Shown piece by piece: positions 37,743 through 47,764 of a DNA stretch of 64,000 nt; the stretch's first letter is position 1; each line of letters begins with the position of its first letter. The notes under the pieces were generated by a model. That model saw nothing but the letters and a program-made list of their open reading frames with translations. It searched no databases and was not told the origin of the DNA. The DNA is taken from contig OZ241867.1 in the NCBI GenBank assembly GCA_965203175.1, positions 4,736,001 through 4,800,000 of the forward strand, written 5' to 3'. A program made the translations under genes and the position numbers. This stretch comes from Candidatus Latescibacterota bacterium. Lineage in GTDB: Bacteria > Latescibacterota > UBA2968 > UBA8231.

Positions 37743-38405
37743 TCACGGACTCCAAGCCGCTTTCAGGGCACCCCAGCTAGTTGGGGCAACCGCGCTAGCG
37801 ACATCAATGCGCTGGAATTCCAAGGTTTCGACCCCGCCCTCCTCCATAGTAGTGATGAACAAAGTATCCCCTTCAATGGCATAGGTACTATTTATCTCCT
37901 CAGATCCACCGAATCCGAGATCGGCGAGGAACTCGTCCTCATCGAATTCGGCGAGGAACTCATCGACGAACGCCTGTTCAAATGCCGGGTAGTCCTCGTC
38001 GGAGATTCCCTCCAGATCAGCGGCTAAACGGGCGAAGCCACGGGCGAAGCCAATGAAGAATTCCTTTATAAACTCGACGAACTCGACGGGGGTCATCTTC
38101 TCATCGTCGATGATATAGTACAATTCGACTATATCAACCCAGAGGCTGTCGCCTGCGACTCGATAGGTGCCGGCGAACTGGACAGAAAGCGCCTCTATGG
38201 GAGATTCGACATCGTCTTCTTCTCCCTCGATGTTTTGGTCGAGCGCAAAGGTGCCATCCGCCTCGAAGGTCAGGCGCATGGTAATCTCACTGCTTTCTTC
38301 ATCGATATAGGTCCCCTCCCAAGTGCCGTAGAGGTCCTCTTCCTGAGCGGCGAGCGGCAGGGCGAGCAAGCAAAGGAACGCGATAGACGACAGAAGCTGG
38401 TGCAT
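37743..38405 (-). CDS. Secreted acidic beta-barrel-like hypothetical protein with C-terminal SWGALK motif (paralog B)
   Basis: First 23 aa identical to paralog A; start trimmed to MHQLLSS after AAGGAGG. Confidence 0.82.
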   Translation of the reverse strand: MHQLLSSIAFLCLLALPLAAQEEDLYGTWEGTYIDEESSEITMRLTFEADGTFALDQNIEGEEDDVESPIEALSVQFAGTYRVAGDSLWVDIVELYYIIDDEKMTPVEFVEFIKEFFIGFARGFARLAADLEGISDEDYPAFEQAFVDEFLAEFDEDEFLADLGFGGSEEINSTYAIEGDTLFITTMEEGGVETLEFQRIDVASAVAPTSWGALKAAWSP

Positions 38406-38571
38406 GACGGCCTCCTTTGAAGGGCAAAGGACAAGACGGCGAACAGTGATAAGAGTACTCTGGGACAACATCCGCAGCAAAGTAGAACAGAGTCCGCCCT
38501 CAGTTGACGGGATAAAACTCAGACGCTACTATCCGTCTCTCGTTCCACTTCCATATCAGAAAGCACACACC

Positions 38572-40242
38572 ATGACCGAATCCATCCCCATCAGCAAGAA
38601 CATCACCCAAGGCCCGTCCCGAGCTGGGGCCCGCGCCATGTACCGGGCCGCCGGTTTCGACGCCGACGCCCTGCGCAAACCCCTCATCGGCATCGCCAAT
38701 ACCTGGACCGAGCTCGGCCCCTGCAACTTTGGCCTGCGCGGCCTAGCCGAGCACGTCAAGGCCGGGATCCTCCAGGCCGGCGGCACCCCCCTCGAATTCA
38801 ATACAGTGGTGATCTCCGACGGCATCACCATGGGCACCGAAGGCATGAAGACCTCGCTCATTTCGCGCGAAGTCATCGCCGACTCCATGGAACTGGTGGT
38901 GCGCGGCCACATGCTCGACGGCTTTGTCGCCCTCACCGGCTGCGACAAGACCACCCCAGGAGCCATTATGGCCATGTGCCGCTTGGACATCCCCTCGGTG
39001 CTGCTCTACGGTGGATCGATTATGCCCGGCCGCCACGACCAAGTTGACATCACCATCCAAGACGTGTACGAAGCCATCGGCGCCCACGCCACCGGCCGCA
39101 TCGACGACGATCAATTGCGCCTCATCGAGGAAAACGCCTGCCCCGGAGCCGGTTCCTGCGGCGGTCAATTCACCGCCAATACCATGGCCACCGCAGCCGA
39201 AATCCTCGGCGTGGCTCTCATGGGCTCAGGCTCGGTGCCGGCCACCGATCCGCGCAAGGAAGCCGTCGGCACCCAAGTTGGGTCCCTAGCCGTCGAGTTA
39301 GTGCACCAAGATCGTACCCCCTCACAGATCATCACCCGCCCCGCCCTCGACAACGCCATCCGCTCCATTGCCACCACCGGCGGCTCGACCAACGGCGTAC
39401 TGCATTTTCTGGCCATCGCCCGGGAAGCCGGATTGGAACTGGACATTGAGGATTTCCAGACCTTGAGCAGTTCCACCCCACTCATGGTCGATCTCAAACC
39501 GGGCGGCCGCTTTGTCGCCCCCGATTTGGACAAGGCCGGCGGCATCGCCCTAGTGGCCCGCCGCCTCAAAGAAGCCGGCCTGCTGCACGAGGACGCCCTC
39601 ACGGTATCGGGCCGCACTATTGGCCAAGAGGCCGACCGCGCTGTGGAAACCCCCGGCCAGCAGGTCGTGGTCTCGGTCGATAAACCGCTGAAAAAATCGG
39701 GTGGTCTAGTCATACTCAAGGGCAATCTCGCCCCCGAAGGCGCGGTGGTGAAATTAGCCGGCCACGAACGCGCCCAGCACCAAGGCCCGGCCCGCGTCTT
39801 CGACAGCGAGGACGAAGTCATGCCGGTCATTGAGCAGGGTCACATTCACCCCGGCGACGTGGTGGTCATTCGCTATGAAGGCCCCAAGGGCGGACCGGGC
39901 ATGCGCGAGATGCTAGCCGTCACCGGTGCCATCGTGGGGGCAGGTCTAGGCGACTCCGTGGCCTTGGTCACCGATGGCCGCTTTTCGGGTGCCACCCGCG
40001 GCCTGATGATCGGCCACGCCGCGCCCGAAGCCGCAGTGGGCGGCCCCTTAGCCGTCCTGCACGACGGCGATACCATCACCATCGACACCACGACCGGCCG
40101 GTTGGACGTGGCATTAGACGAAGCTGAGTTGCAGGCCCGCCTTGCCGCCTGGGAGGCCCCGCCGCCGCGCTACACTTCCGGCGTGATGGCCAAATACGCC
40201 CGCTCGGTGTCGTCGGCAGCCCAAGGAGCGGTGACCAGCTAA
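38572..40242 (+). CDS. ilvD: Dihydroxy-acid dehydratase
   Basis: PCN, SDGITMG, GCDKT, CGGQFTANTM, GGSTN, GPGMREM, TDGRFSG; start MTESIP. Confidence 0.95.
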   Translation: MTESIPISKNITQGPSRAGARAMYRAAGFDADALRKPLIGIANTWTELGPCNFGLRGLAEHVKAGILQAGGTPLEFNTVVISDGITMGTEGMKTSLISREVIADSMELVVRGHMLDGFVALTGCDKTTPGAIMAMCRLDIPSVLLYGGSIMPGRHDQVDITIQDVYEAIGAHATGRIDDDQLRLIEENACPGAGSCGGQFTANTMATAAEILGVALMGSGSVPATDPRKEAVGTQVGSLAVELVHQDRTPSQIITRPALDNAIRSIATTGGSTNGVLHFLAIAREAGLELDIEDFQTLSSSTPLMVDLKPGGRFVAPDLDKAGGIALVARRLKEAGLLHEDALTVSGRTIGQEADRAVETPGQQVVVSVDKPLKKSGGLVILKGNLAPEGAVVKLAGHERAQHQGPARVFDSEDEVMPVIEQGHIHPGDVVVIRYEGPKGGPGMREMLAVTGAIVGAGLGDSVALVTDGRFSGATRGLMIGHAAPEAAVGGPLAVLHDGDTITIDTTTGRLDVALDEAELQARLAAWEAPPPRYTSGVMAKYARSVSSAAQGAVTS

Positions 40243-40268
40243 TCGTTTTTGCTACAGGGAGATGGTCG

Positions 40269-41534
40269 CTACGACCCCTCCCACCGACTGACCACCTGCT
40301 TCTCCTTTTGGACGCGCTCGTACAGATTCTGCCATTCTTGCGAGCCATCGTCCTCTAAAATTTCGGTGCGCACACCCTCTACATAGGTCCCCGGTACACT
40401 GGGGTGCTCCATGTGTATGCAGGTGCCGTCGGGATAGACGATGGTGCTGATCTGCCGCGGTTTCGGGTGGATGTAGAGCTGTCCTTGACGCGCGTGTTCG
40501 TCGAGTTCCTCCTGCGGAACGCGGTATTGCTCAACCGCCGCCTCATCGACCTCGACGCCGAGGCCGGGGCCGTCGGGGACCCGCTGGTGCCCGTTGATCA
40601 CCTGAACGGGTTCGGTCAGCAGATGGTGGCTATACATATTGATACAACTAATCGCCGCCCACCGGGCGTGCGTTAGCACCGAGCCGAGATGGGCGTCCCA
40701 CGTAGTCGTCAACCCATTGCCAACGATCTGCAACCAGAACGGCATGGAAACTTCCGCAGCGCACTGTCCTTGGCGCATGGTCATTGACTTCCCGCCCCCA
40801 ATCACAAAGCCGTCGCAAACTTCTTCGCGCACCGCCGTGAGAAACGGCGGCGAACCAAAGTGCATGGCCACCGGCCTGTTCACAGCCTGGCGGATCTGGC
40901 GATTGCCGAGAATATCATCCTGCGGGATGGGCGTTTCGAACATGGCCACGTTTTCGTAGCGCTCGAGCTTTTTTATGATCGGAATGGCATTGGCCGCGTT
41001 TTCCCAAGAGCCGTTGGGATCGAGATCGAGATGGAAATGAGGGGGCACCACCTTGGATATGGCATCGACCTGCGCGACGATGTCGTACCAGGGCCGCGGT
41101 TTGTTCTTGAGATTTGTGTACCCTTGCGCCACGGCCTCGGTCGCTTCCGCGGCCCAGTTTTCCGGTGAGGTGTGACTGCACCACCAAGAAATCGGCGTCC
41201 AGTCGCGCACTTTGGTACCCAGCAGCCGATGCACCGGGATTTCGAGTATCTTGCCGACCACGTCGAACAGCGCCATCTGCAAACCAGCACCCAGGCCATC
41301 TTCATTCATCAGGTCGGCCGGGCTTTGGCCGATGATGCGCGCAACCGCATCGTCGGTCACCCGACCATAGGTATAGTGAATGACGGTCTCTCCCCAACCC
41401 ACGTGGCCCGTGTCGGTGGTGACCTTGCACAGCTCGAGGATGGACCAGTTGTAAACCGACTGGCGGGTTATCTCCTGCTGTCTAGGCGTGAACGGGACAT
41501 CGACGATAATGCGTTCGACATTGGTGACTTTCAT
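40269..41534 (-). CDS. Mandelate racemase/muconate lactonizing enzyme (enolase superfamily)
   Basis: GWGE, MALFDVVGK, KNK, DPNGSW, FETP, PGLGVEVDE. Confidence 0.88.
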   Translation of the reverse strand: MKVTNVERIIVDVPFTPRQQEITRQSVYNWSILELCKVTTDTGHVGWGETVIHYTYGRVTDDAVARIIGQSPADLMNEDGLGAGLQMALFDVVGKILEIPVHRLLGTKVRDWTPISWWCSHTSPENWAAEATEAVAQGYTNLKNKPRPWYDIVAQVDAISKVVPPHFHLDLDPNGSWENAANAIPIIKKLERYENVAMFETPIPQDDILGNRQIRQAVNRPVAMHFGSPPFLTAVREEVCDGFVIGGGKSMTMRQGQCAAEVSMPFWLQIVGNGLTTTWDAHLGSVLTHARWAAISCINMYSHHLLTEPVQVINGHQRVPDGPGLGVEVDEAAVEQYRVPQEELDEHARQGQLYIHPKPRQISTIVYPDGTCIHMEHPSVPGTYVEGVRTEILEDDGSQEWQNLYERVQKEKQVVSRWEGS

Positions 41535-41720
41535 GGGATTTTCCTTTCAAAGCAGGGTGTCGGCACAGGATCGGGTGCCTTGTTGAAGGACAAATGGATA
41601 CCTATATCTTTTACGAACATGGAAGTGGATCCGAATCTTCACTGGTAAGATAGTTTCACCTTAACCAGTACTCCAGTCTTCAGAGTCCGCCACACTGCCA
41701 CTACCGAGAGGCTGCCGCAA

Positions 41721-43298
41721 ATGACTGACCGCAATAGCCAAAAAAAGGCTCCCAGACGCCGCCCGCCCCGCATTCGCCTAAACGCGGGTGCCTGGAGTCC
41801 GCTAATTGACATGATCGACGTCTTTCCAGGACACCGTGGCTCCAGTCGGCACGGAGAATTGGAGCTCTACGACGCTCCGCTTGGCATCCGCTTTGAGATC
41901 GAGGAGGCCGTTAAGTCCGAGCCGATCCTGCAGGCGACCATGGAGTGGGAAGGCACCCACGTCTCGCCGCTCTACATCTGGCAGCGGGACGGGCGCTATC
42001 ACTTGCTCTACGACAGCGGAGGAGGCCAGTGCTACGCGGTCAGCGACGATGCGTACAACTGGACGCGCCCCGTCCTGAACGAGGTCGAATTCAACGGCTC
42101 GTCCAACAACAACCTGCTTGCCAACTCATGCAAAGGAGCTACCGGCATCTTCGAAGACCCCAACGCACCTCCCGAGGAGCGCTTCAAGGCGATGGGCGGC
42201 CGCATGTACTGGTGGGATCCAGACACCGGCGAAGAGCTATCTGAAGAGGAGCCGTCCCGACGCATCAAGGCGGAACAGGAGCAAGAGAACTACACCGGTC
42301 CCAGAGCCGAAATCACGGGCCACATGCTCGCCTGGACATCACCCGACTGTCTCCACTGGACACCCTTCCCAGAGCCGCTGGCGCACCGGCCGGTCAACGG
42401 CGGCATATCGGCCCGTTACGACGAACACCGAGGCAACTACTTCGCTTACATCCAGCTAATGGGCTACCCCACCGAACTGCTCGAAGGCATTGGCGTCAAC
42501 AGACTCGAACAGGGCATGCAGATCCGCACGATCGGCTTTTCGCGCACTGACGACTTTGCCAACTGGCCCGCTCCAAAGCTGATCCATCACCCCGATACCG
42601 AAGACCCGCCCGACATCAGCTTTTACGGCGCCAATTACTTCCCGTACCCAGGCCGCGACGACCTGCACGGCATGTTCATCCCCATATACCACCAGATCGC
42701 CAGCACCATCGACGGGCAAATCGCCTTCAGCCGCGACGGCCTCTACTGGTCCCGTCCCGAGCGCCGGCCAATCCTGCCGCTGGGCGCCGAGGGAGACGGC
42801 GACGAATGCATGGCCCACTTCTGGCGCAGCGGCCTCGTCGAGCTGCCCGATGGCTACTGGGCCTGTCCATACGCGACCTTCTCAGTCATTCACGATTGTC
42901 CAGCCGACAAGGTGCCCGCGCTCTTTCCCTTGCGGCAGCCGCAGCAGATTCGCTGGGCGCGCTGGCGACCGCACCGGTTCTGCGGGATACGCGCCAGCGC
43001 CGAGGGCTGCTTCTCCCTGCCTTCCCTCTTCCGCGTCCACGACGAGCTGCGCCTCAACTATCGCTGCGAGCCGGGCGGCTGGATTCAGATTGAACTGCTG
43101 GAGAAGTTGCCGTCGCTAATGCTCCCCGATACCGACCCACTGCCGGGGTTCACCTTTGACGAGTGCGACCGTCTAACGGGTGATTGCGAAGACCGGGTAG
43201 TAACCTGGCAAGGCCGCTCCGACATCTCCGCGGCCGGCGAGGCCGTCGGCATCCGGGTGCGCATGCTCGGCGCCAAACTGTTTGCCTATCGCGTCTAG
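41721..43298 (+). CDS. Hypothetical protein, probable beta-propeller glycosidase-like fold
   Basis: Asp-box-like SDDAYNW, SPDCLHW, TDDFANW, SRDGLYW; no signal peptide. Confidence 0.7.
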   Translation: MTDRNSQKKAPRRRPPRIRLNAGAWSPLIDMIDVFPGHRGSSRHGELELYDAPLGIRFEIEEAVKSEPILQATMEWEGTHVSPLYIWQRDGRYHLLYDSGGGQCYAVSDDAYNWTRPVLNEVEFNGSSNNNLLANSCKGATGIFEDPNAPPEERFKAMGGRMYWWDPDTGEELSEEEPSRRIKAEQEQENYTGPRAEITGHMLAWTSPDCLHWTPFPEPLAHRPVNGGISARYDEHRGNYFAYIQLMGYPTELLEGIGVNRLEQGMQIRTIGFSRTDDFANWPAPKLIHHPDTEDPPDISFYGANYFPYPGRDDLHGMFIPIYHQIASTIDGQIAFSRDGLYWSRPERRPILPLGAEGDGDECMAHFWRSGLVELPDGYWACPYATFSVIHDCPADKVPALFPLRQPQQIRWARWRPHRFCGIRASAEGCFSLPSLFRVHDELRLNYRCEPGGWIQIELLEKLPSLMLPDTDPLPGFTFDECDRLTGDCEDRVVTWQGRSDISAAGEAVGIRVRMLGAKLFAYRV

Positions 43299-43319
43299 AA
43301 TCTTCGACCCGCCCCTTTC

Positions 43320-45158
43320 TCACTCTTCGGCCAGTCCCATCAGCCGGCGACCGACGTCCGTGAGGCGATTCGGTGTCCAAGCCGGCTCCCAAGTCAATTC
43401 AACAACGACAGACCGGACGCCCGGTAGCTGTTCCAGCCGCGCCCGCAGTGGTTGGGCAAGGAAGTTGTACTTTGGTCGCCCACGGTGCGGCATCGTCATC
43501 ACCACGCGAACGTCGTTGCCGTGCGTGCGCACATCGTAGATGTAGCCCATGTCCACTAGGCTAGCGTCCACGGTGTTGAACTGGTCCTCGCGAACCTCCC
43601 GCATGGCTTCCCACAGAGCGCGCTTCCGCGGCCAGTCAGCGGGGCGCTCGCCAATACGAGCTAGGGGTTGGCCCCCTTCCGATGCCTCGTCGATCCAGTC
43701 CGCAGGTGCGGGCACGTCCACCGCGACAATCAGAGGAGACAACAGTCGCTCGCGCAGCGCTTCCAGCCCAACGGCACCGCCCTGCTCAGGGTATGGTGCC
43801 AGCAGGTAGGCGTTGCGCTGCACGAGGGACAAGCCGGTCTGGAGCCAAGCGCTGTCGCGCAGCATGGGCCGGCACCAGACCGACGCGTGCGGCGGCTGGC
43901 CCGGCTTGGCATGGTCGAGGGTGACGTCGAGGTGCTGATAGAGCTTGGCTTTTGACGTCGCCTCCGGGCCGGCAGTGGGCGATCCTTCGAGGTGATGGTC
44001 CAAATAGATAGCAAATAGGCTGTCCCGGCTCTGACGATGGTAGAAGCCCACGCCCCAGACGTGGTCGATCTGCTCCGGCGGCACCGGCCCCTCGTGGACG
44101 CGACCGGCTTCATCCATCCACAGGGACGCGTCGAAAGGCCGGCCGCCGAAGTACCACTCGTCATCACGGGCCACATGCGCACAGAAGTCGCGTGTGGCCT
44201 CCATCCGGCCATCCTTCAGGAAATAGGGGACTCCGGCGTAGAACGTATAGGTCAGGTCCATGAAAAAGCGGCTGGGCGTGAATAGCGGGTGTACTGGACT
44301 GTGGGGGAAGCCAAAACGCCGCACACGGACGCACAAGGGACCGCGTACCACTTCGTAGTGGGGACACTCGGCCCAGTTTGTCACCCGCATTTTCTGAAAG
44401 GCACCAGCCGTGGTGTAATCGTGGGCCCAGTCGATATTGGGTGGCTCGCCGTGGCCGTTCCCGTGCGTGGACAACCGCAGCCCGCCTAGGTGCCACTTGG
44501 GGGTCAGAGACTCCAGTTGGCCCATCTGCCGGGAGAGGGCGGCCACGTAGTGGGGGGTCTCGATCTCCACACCGACACCCTCTCCCCTGATGCTCAGGCG
44601 GCTCGGGTAGTCGGGCAACTCGGCGGCGGGGTTGCCGCAGAAGATGAGAAACACGGCCTGACCAGCGGCGGGGACGTCGGCCTCGAAGACCAAGTGGGCG
44701 AACCAGTATGGACCGCGACGGACCGCGCCATAGACTTGGCTGCAAACCTCGCACGGCCGGCCGCTGTCGAGCCGGGCGACACGCAGCTCGCGTTCCGGCG
44801 CGGTCACCCTTTCCGCAGGCATCGCCACGAGGAGGTCCAGCGGCTCGGACTGCCGCGCTTGGCCGATAGGCTCCCTGAGCCGCACGGTCTGGCACAGCTC
44901 CCAGCCGTCGGCCCATCGGGACCAGGGCTTGGGTAGCTGCTCAGTCAGGTGCCACCCGGTGGCGGGCAGGTCAACAGGCCCTGGGTCTGCACGTAGCATG
45001 CGCTCGTTGGCGATGGTGTCCTTGATGGAGTCGGCCACGCCCAGAGCCAACTCGTGGTTCCCTGTGCGCAGCGCCCGCCGCAGAATCTCGACCTTGGTAT
45101 CGACATCATCGGTGCGGTGGGCCCAAGTGGGTTCAAAGTCTTGCGCGTCGGCGGCCAT
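43320..45158 (-). CDS. Hypothetical protein with C-terminal DUF59/MIP18/SufT-like domain
   Basis: C-terminus SLVDMGYIYDV...VVMTMP...VELTWEPAWTPNRLT; start trimmed to MAADAQD. Confidence 0.78.
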   Translation of the reverse strand: MAADAQDFEPTWAHRTDDVDTKVEILRRALRTGNHELALGVADSIKDTIANERMLRADPGPVDLPATGWHLTEQLPKPWSRWADGWELCQTVRLREPIGQARQSEPLDLLVAMPAERVTAPERELRVARLDSGRPCEVCSQVYGAVRRGPYWFAHLVFEADVPAAGQAVFLIFCGNPAAELPDYPSRLSIRGEGVGVEIETPHYVAALSRQMGQLESLTPKWHLGGLRLSTHGNGHGEPPNIDWAHDYTTAGAFQKMRVTNWAECPHYEVVRGPLCVRVRRFGFPHSPVHPLFTPSRFFMDLTYTFYAGVPYFLKDGRMEATRDFCAHVARDDEWYFGGRPFDASLWMDEAGRVHEGPVPPEQIDHVWGVGFYHRQSRDSLFAIYLDHHLEGSPTAGPEATSKAKLYQHLDVTLDHAKPGQPPHASVWCRPMLRDSAWLQTGLSLVQRNAYLLAPYPEQGGAVGLEALRERLLSPLIVAVDVPAPADWIDEASEGGQPLARIGERPADWPRKRALWEAMREVREDQFNTVDASLVDMGYIYDVRTHGNDVRVVMTMPHRGRPKYNFLAQPLRARLEQLPGVRSVVVELTWEPAWTPNRLTDVGRRLMGLAEE

Positions 45159-45385
45159 TAGTATCTCCTCCAAGTAAGAATTTTACTGCATTCGCCTTTT
45201 CCAATTGTATTGATGCCATAGCGGATAGTGTATTATATGAAAAAGGCGTAAGTTTTAAAGCAATCCTAGCCGCTTAGAACCAATATTCGCGGCAGTACAC
45301 ACCCGCAAAAATCATTGGGCCGGTGTCTTGCGCTGGTTTGACTGACGGCTCGCCAATGAAGCAGCTTCCAATCCCCAATTCACCC

Positions 45386-46531
45386 ATGCCCCTCACCTTC
45401 CATTGCTCCGCCTGCCAGGCCTCCTATCCCCAAGCTCCGGCCCCCTACCGCTGCCTCGCCTGCGACGCACCCCTCGAATGTCGGTCCCCCACCCCAACCT
45501 TCCCCCTCGACCAGATCGCCGCTCGCCCCACCGACATGTGGCGCTTCCGCGAAGCCCTGCCCCTGGTGGGCGACTCTGTCTCTCTCGGCGAGGCCCGCAC
45601 TCCTCTAATTCCCTTTGATCTAGAGGATATGACGGTTCTGGCCAAATGCGACCACACCCTGCCCACCGGCTCGTACAAGGATCGCGGGGCCGCCCTGCTT
45701 ATGAGCTATCTACACGCTTTGGGCATAGAAGAAGCAGTAGAGGATTCCTCGGGCAACGCCGGGGCCGCCCTAGCCGCGTACGCGGCCCGCGCCAAGGTGC
45801 GCCTCAAAGTCTTTTGTCCGGCTTCGGCTTCTGCGGGCAAACTGGTGCAGATCCGCCTGTACGGTGCCGAACTAGTTCCGGTGGAAGGACCACGCCCCCG
45901 GGCCACCGAGGCTCTGCTCGAGTACATCGACCGCACTGGAGCCGTGTACGCTTCGCACCTGTGGCATCCCCTCTTTATAGAAGGCCTCAAAACCCTAGCC
46001 TTTGAACTGGCCGAGCAACTCGACTGGACCGCACCCGACGCAGTGGTCTGTCCGGTGGGAGCCGGCAGCATCTTACTCGGCCTGCACCGCGGCTTCCTCG
46101 ACTTGCAGCGGGCCGGGCTAGTCAATCGCCTGCCGCGCCTCATTGCCGTCCAAGCCGAACACGTCTCGCCGCTGTACCAAGCCTTCCACGCTGGCTTAGA
46201 CGTAGTCCCTCCCGCCACTTCTCCACGCCCCACCCGGGCCGAAGGCATTGCCCTACCCCGCCCAGTTAGAGACCGCGAAGTCATCAACGCCTTGCGCCAG
46301 TCAGCAGGTACCGTAGTCGCCGTCTCCGAAGAGGCCATAGTCCGGGGTCTGCGCCAGTTGGGCCGGACCGGTTTCTGCGTGGAGCCGACTTCGGCTGTGA
46401 TATGGGACGGCCTGCGCCAAGCCCGGGCTGCCGGTCTGGTGGAGCCGGGCCAGCGGATTGTGGCCGTGCTTTCAGGTCACGGCCTGAAGGCGGCCCAACC
46501 CATCGGCGAGATATTAGCAAACGGCCAGTGA
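45386..46531 (+). CDS. Threonine synthase-like PLP-dependent (fold type II) enzyme
   Basis: N-terminal CxxC...CxxC, PTGSYKDRG, DSSGNAG, PVGAG, VEPTSA, SGHGLK. Confidence 0.87.
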   Translation: MPLTFHCSACQASYPQAPAPYRCLACDAPLECRSPTPTFPLDQIAARPTDMWRFREALPLVGDSVSLGEARTPLIPFDLEDMTVLAKCDHTLPTGSYKDRGAALLMSYLHALGIEEAVEDSSGNAGAALAAYAARAKVRLKVFCPASASAGKLVQIRLYGAELVPVEGPRPRATEALLEYIDRTGAVYASHLWHPLFIEGLKTLAFELAEQLDWTAPDAVVCPVGAGSILLGLHRGFLDLQRAGLVNRLPRLIAVQAEHVSPLYQAFHAGLDVVPPATSPRPTRAEGIALPRPVRDREVINALRQSAGTVVAVSEEAIVRGLRQLGRTGFCVEPTSAVIWDGLRQARAAGLVEPGQRIVAVLSGHGLKAAQPIGEILANGQ

Positions 46532-46614
46532 ATTAGTTTATCTCCACAACTCCACAATAAATAATAAGTTAGAGATCATCCTCAAGGGGGATACACTGCT
46601 CCCTAAAAAAAGTC

Positions 46615-46654
46615 TTGACTTATCCATTGCAATATTGTACTATCTAAATAGTAT
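46615..46654 (+). promoter_or_regulatory. Promoter TTGACT-N17-TACTAT overlapped by YtrA-type palindromic operator
   Basis: GTACTAT-CTAA-ATAGTAT (46637-46654, one mismatch) covers the -10 element; upstream of GntR gene. Confidence 0.75.
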
Positions 46655-46706
46655 ACTGTTACGATAGGACAAAAAATGAAAACCACAATCAGAAAGGAGT
46701 GCGAAG

Positions 46707-47078
46707 ATGCCGATCGATTTTGATCCCACTCGCCCTATCTATCTGCAGATCATCGAGGCGGTGAAAAAGCGCACCGCTCAAGGGATCTATCAGGCCGGAG
46801 GCCCTTTGCCGTCGGTGCGGGAAATGGCCAAGGAGATGGGCGTGAATCCCAATACCATGTCTAGAGCCTACATGGAATTGGAGCGCGAAGAATTCATAAC
46901 CACCCGACGCGGCGAGGGATCGTCGATAACCGAGAGCGCCAAACGCATCGACAGCGAGCGCCGCACCCTAGCTGGGGCTGCGCGTGACCGCTTTGTCGCG
47001 GAAATCCGCGACTTGGCCCTCTCACGCGAACAAATCGACGACCTGCTGCGCGAAATTTCAGAGGAGGTGACACAATGA
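46707..47078 (+). CDS. GntR family regulator, YtrA subfamily
   Basis: PIYLQI...LPSVREMA...VNPNTMSRAY...RRGEG; short C-terminus; precedes ABC exporter. Confidence 0.92.
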   Translation: MPIDFDPTRPIYLQIIEAVKKRTAQGIYQAGGPLPSVREMAKEMGVNPNTMSRAYMELEREEFITTRRGEGSSITESAKRIDSERRTLAGAARDRFVAEIRDLALSREQIDDLLREISEEVTQ

Positions 47079-47764
47079 TAGAAGTAAAGAACCTGTGGAA
47101 GCGATACTCCGGCGTGACGGCCCTGGGGGGCATCTCCCTAACCATCGAAAAAGGCCGGGTAATGGGCATTCTCGGCGAGAATGGCAGCGGCAAGAGCACG
47201 CTCTTCAAAATCCTCGCCGGCGTCGCCCACGCCAGCGAAGGCAGCGCCAGCATCTCGGGTCAACCGGTCGGCGTGCAAACGCGCCGCATCACTTCGTACC
47301 TGCCCGAGGTCAGCCCGTTTTACGACTGGATGCTCGTCAGCGAGCAACTCGAATTCCTAGCCGCGTTTTTCCCCGGCTGGGACATGGACAAATCTCACGA
47401 ACTGCTCGGCCTGATGAACGTCGATAGCCACCGGAAGATCGGCACCCTATCCGATGGTCAGCGGGCGCGGTTAAAAGTAGTAGCCGCCTTTTCGCGGCCG
47501 AGCGAGTTGGTGCTCATGGACGAGCCGCTGGGACGGATCGACCCGCCGTCGCGTCGGCGCATCTTGGAGACCTTGCTCAGTGAGTTTCGCGTCGGGGAGC
47601 AGACGATTCTGATATCGACCCACCTCGTCAGCGAGGTGGAAGAGCTGATAGAAGAGGTGGCCTTCTTGCGCCACGGCGAAATCGCAGTCAGCGGTAATAT
47701 CGAAGAATTGAGGCAAAATCGCGGCATGTCGCTCAGCGACATTTTCGAGGAGGTGGTAGCATGA
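47075..47764 (+). CDS. ABC transporter ATP-binding protein (YtrB-like)
   Basis: GENGSGKST, LSDGQR, LMDEP, ISTH. Confidence 0.92.
   Translation: MIEVKNLWKRYSGVTALGGISLTIEKGRVMGILGENGSGKSTLFKILAGVAHASEGSASISGQPVGVQTRRITSYLPEVSPFYDWMLVSEQLEFLAAFFPGWDMDKSHELLGLMNVDSHRKIGTLSDGQRARLKVVAAFSRPSELVLMDEPLGRIDPPSRRRILETLLSEFRVGEQTILISTHLVSEVEELIEEVAFLRHGEIAVSGNIEELRQNRGMSLSDIFEEVVA

Noticed and set aside
36719-38405. Diversity-generating retroelement template/variable repeat pair
   Set aside because: Differences are not adenine-specific, include indels, and no reverse transcriptase is present.
30916-41540. TTTCATGGGATT at 30916 and 41529 as boundaries of a 10-kb block
   Set aside because: A 12-mer match is plausible by chance, and the block includes housekeeping ilvD.
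41642-41669. Imperfect palindrome ACTGGTAAG...CTTAACCAGT in a divergent intergenic region
   Set aside because: Single weak hairpin with no second copy or linked regulator.
45386-46531. Assigning gene symbol thrC
   Set aside because: DSSGNAG subgroup without thr operon context; may be a paralog with another substrate.
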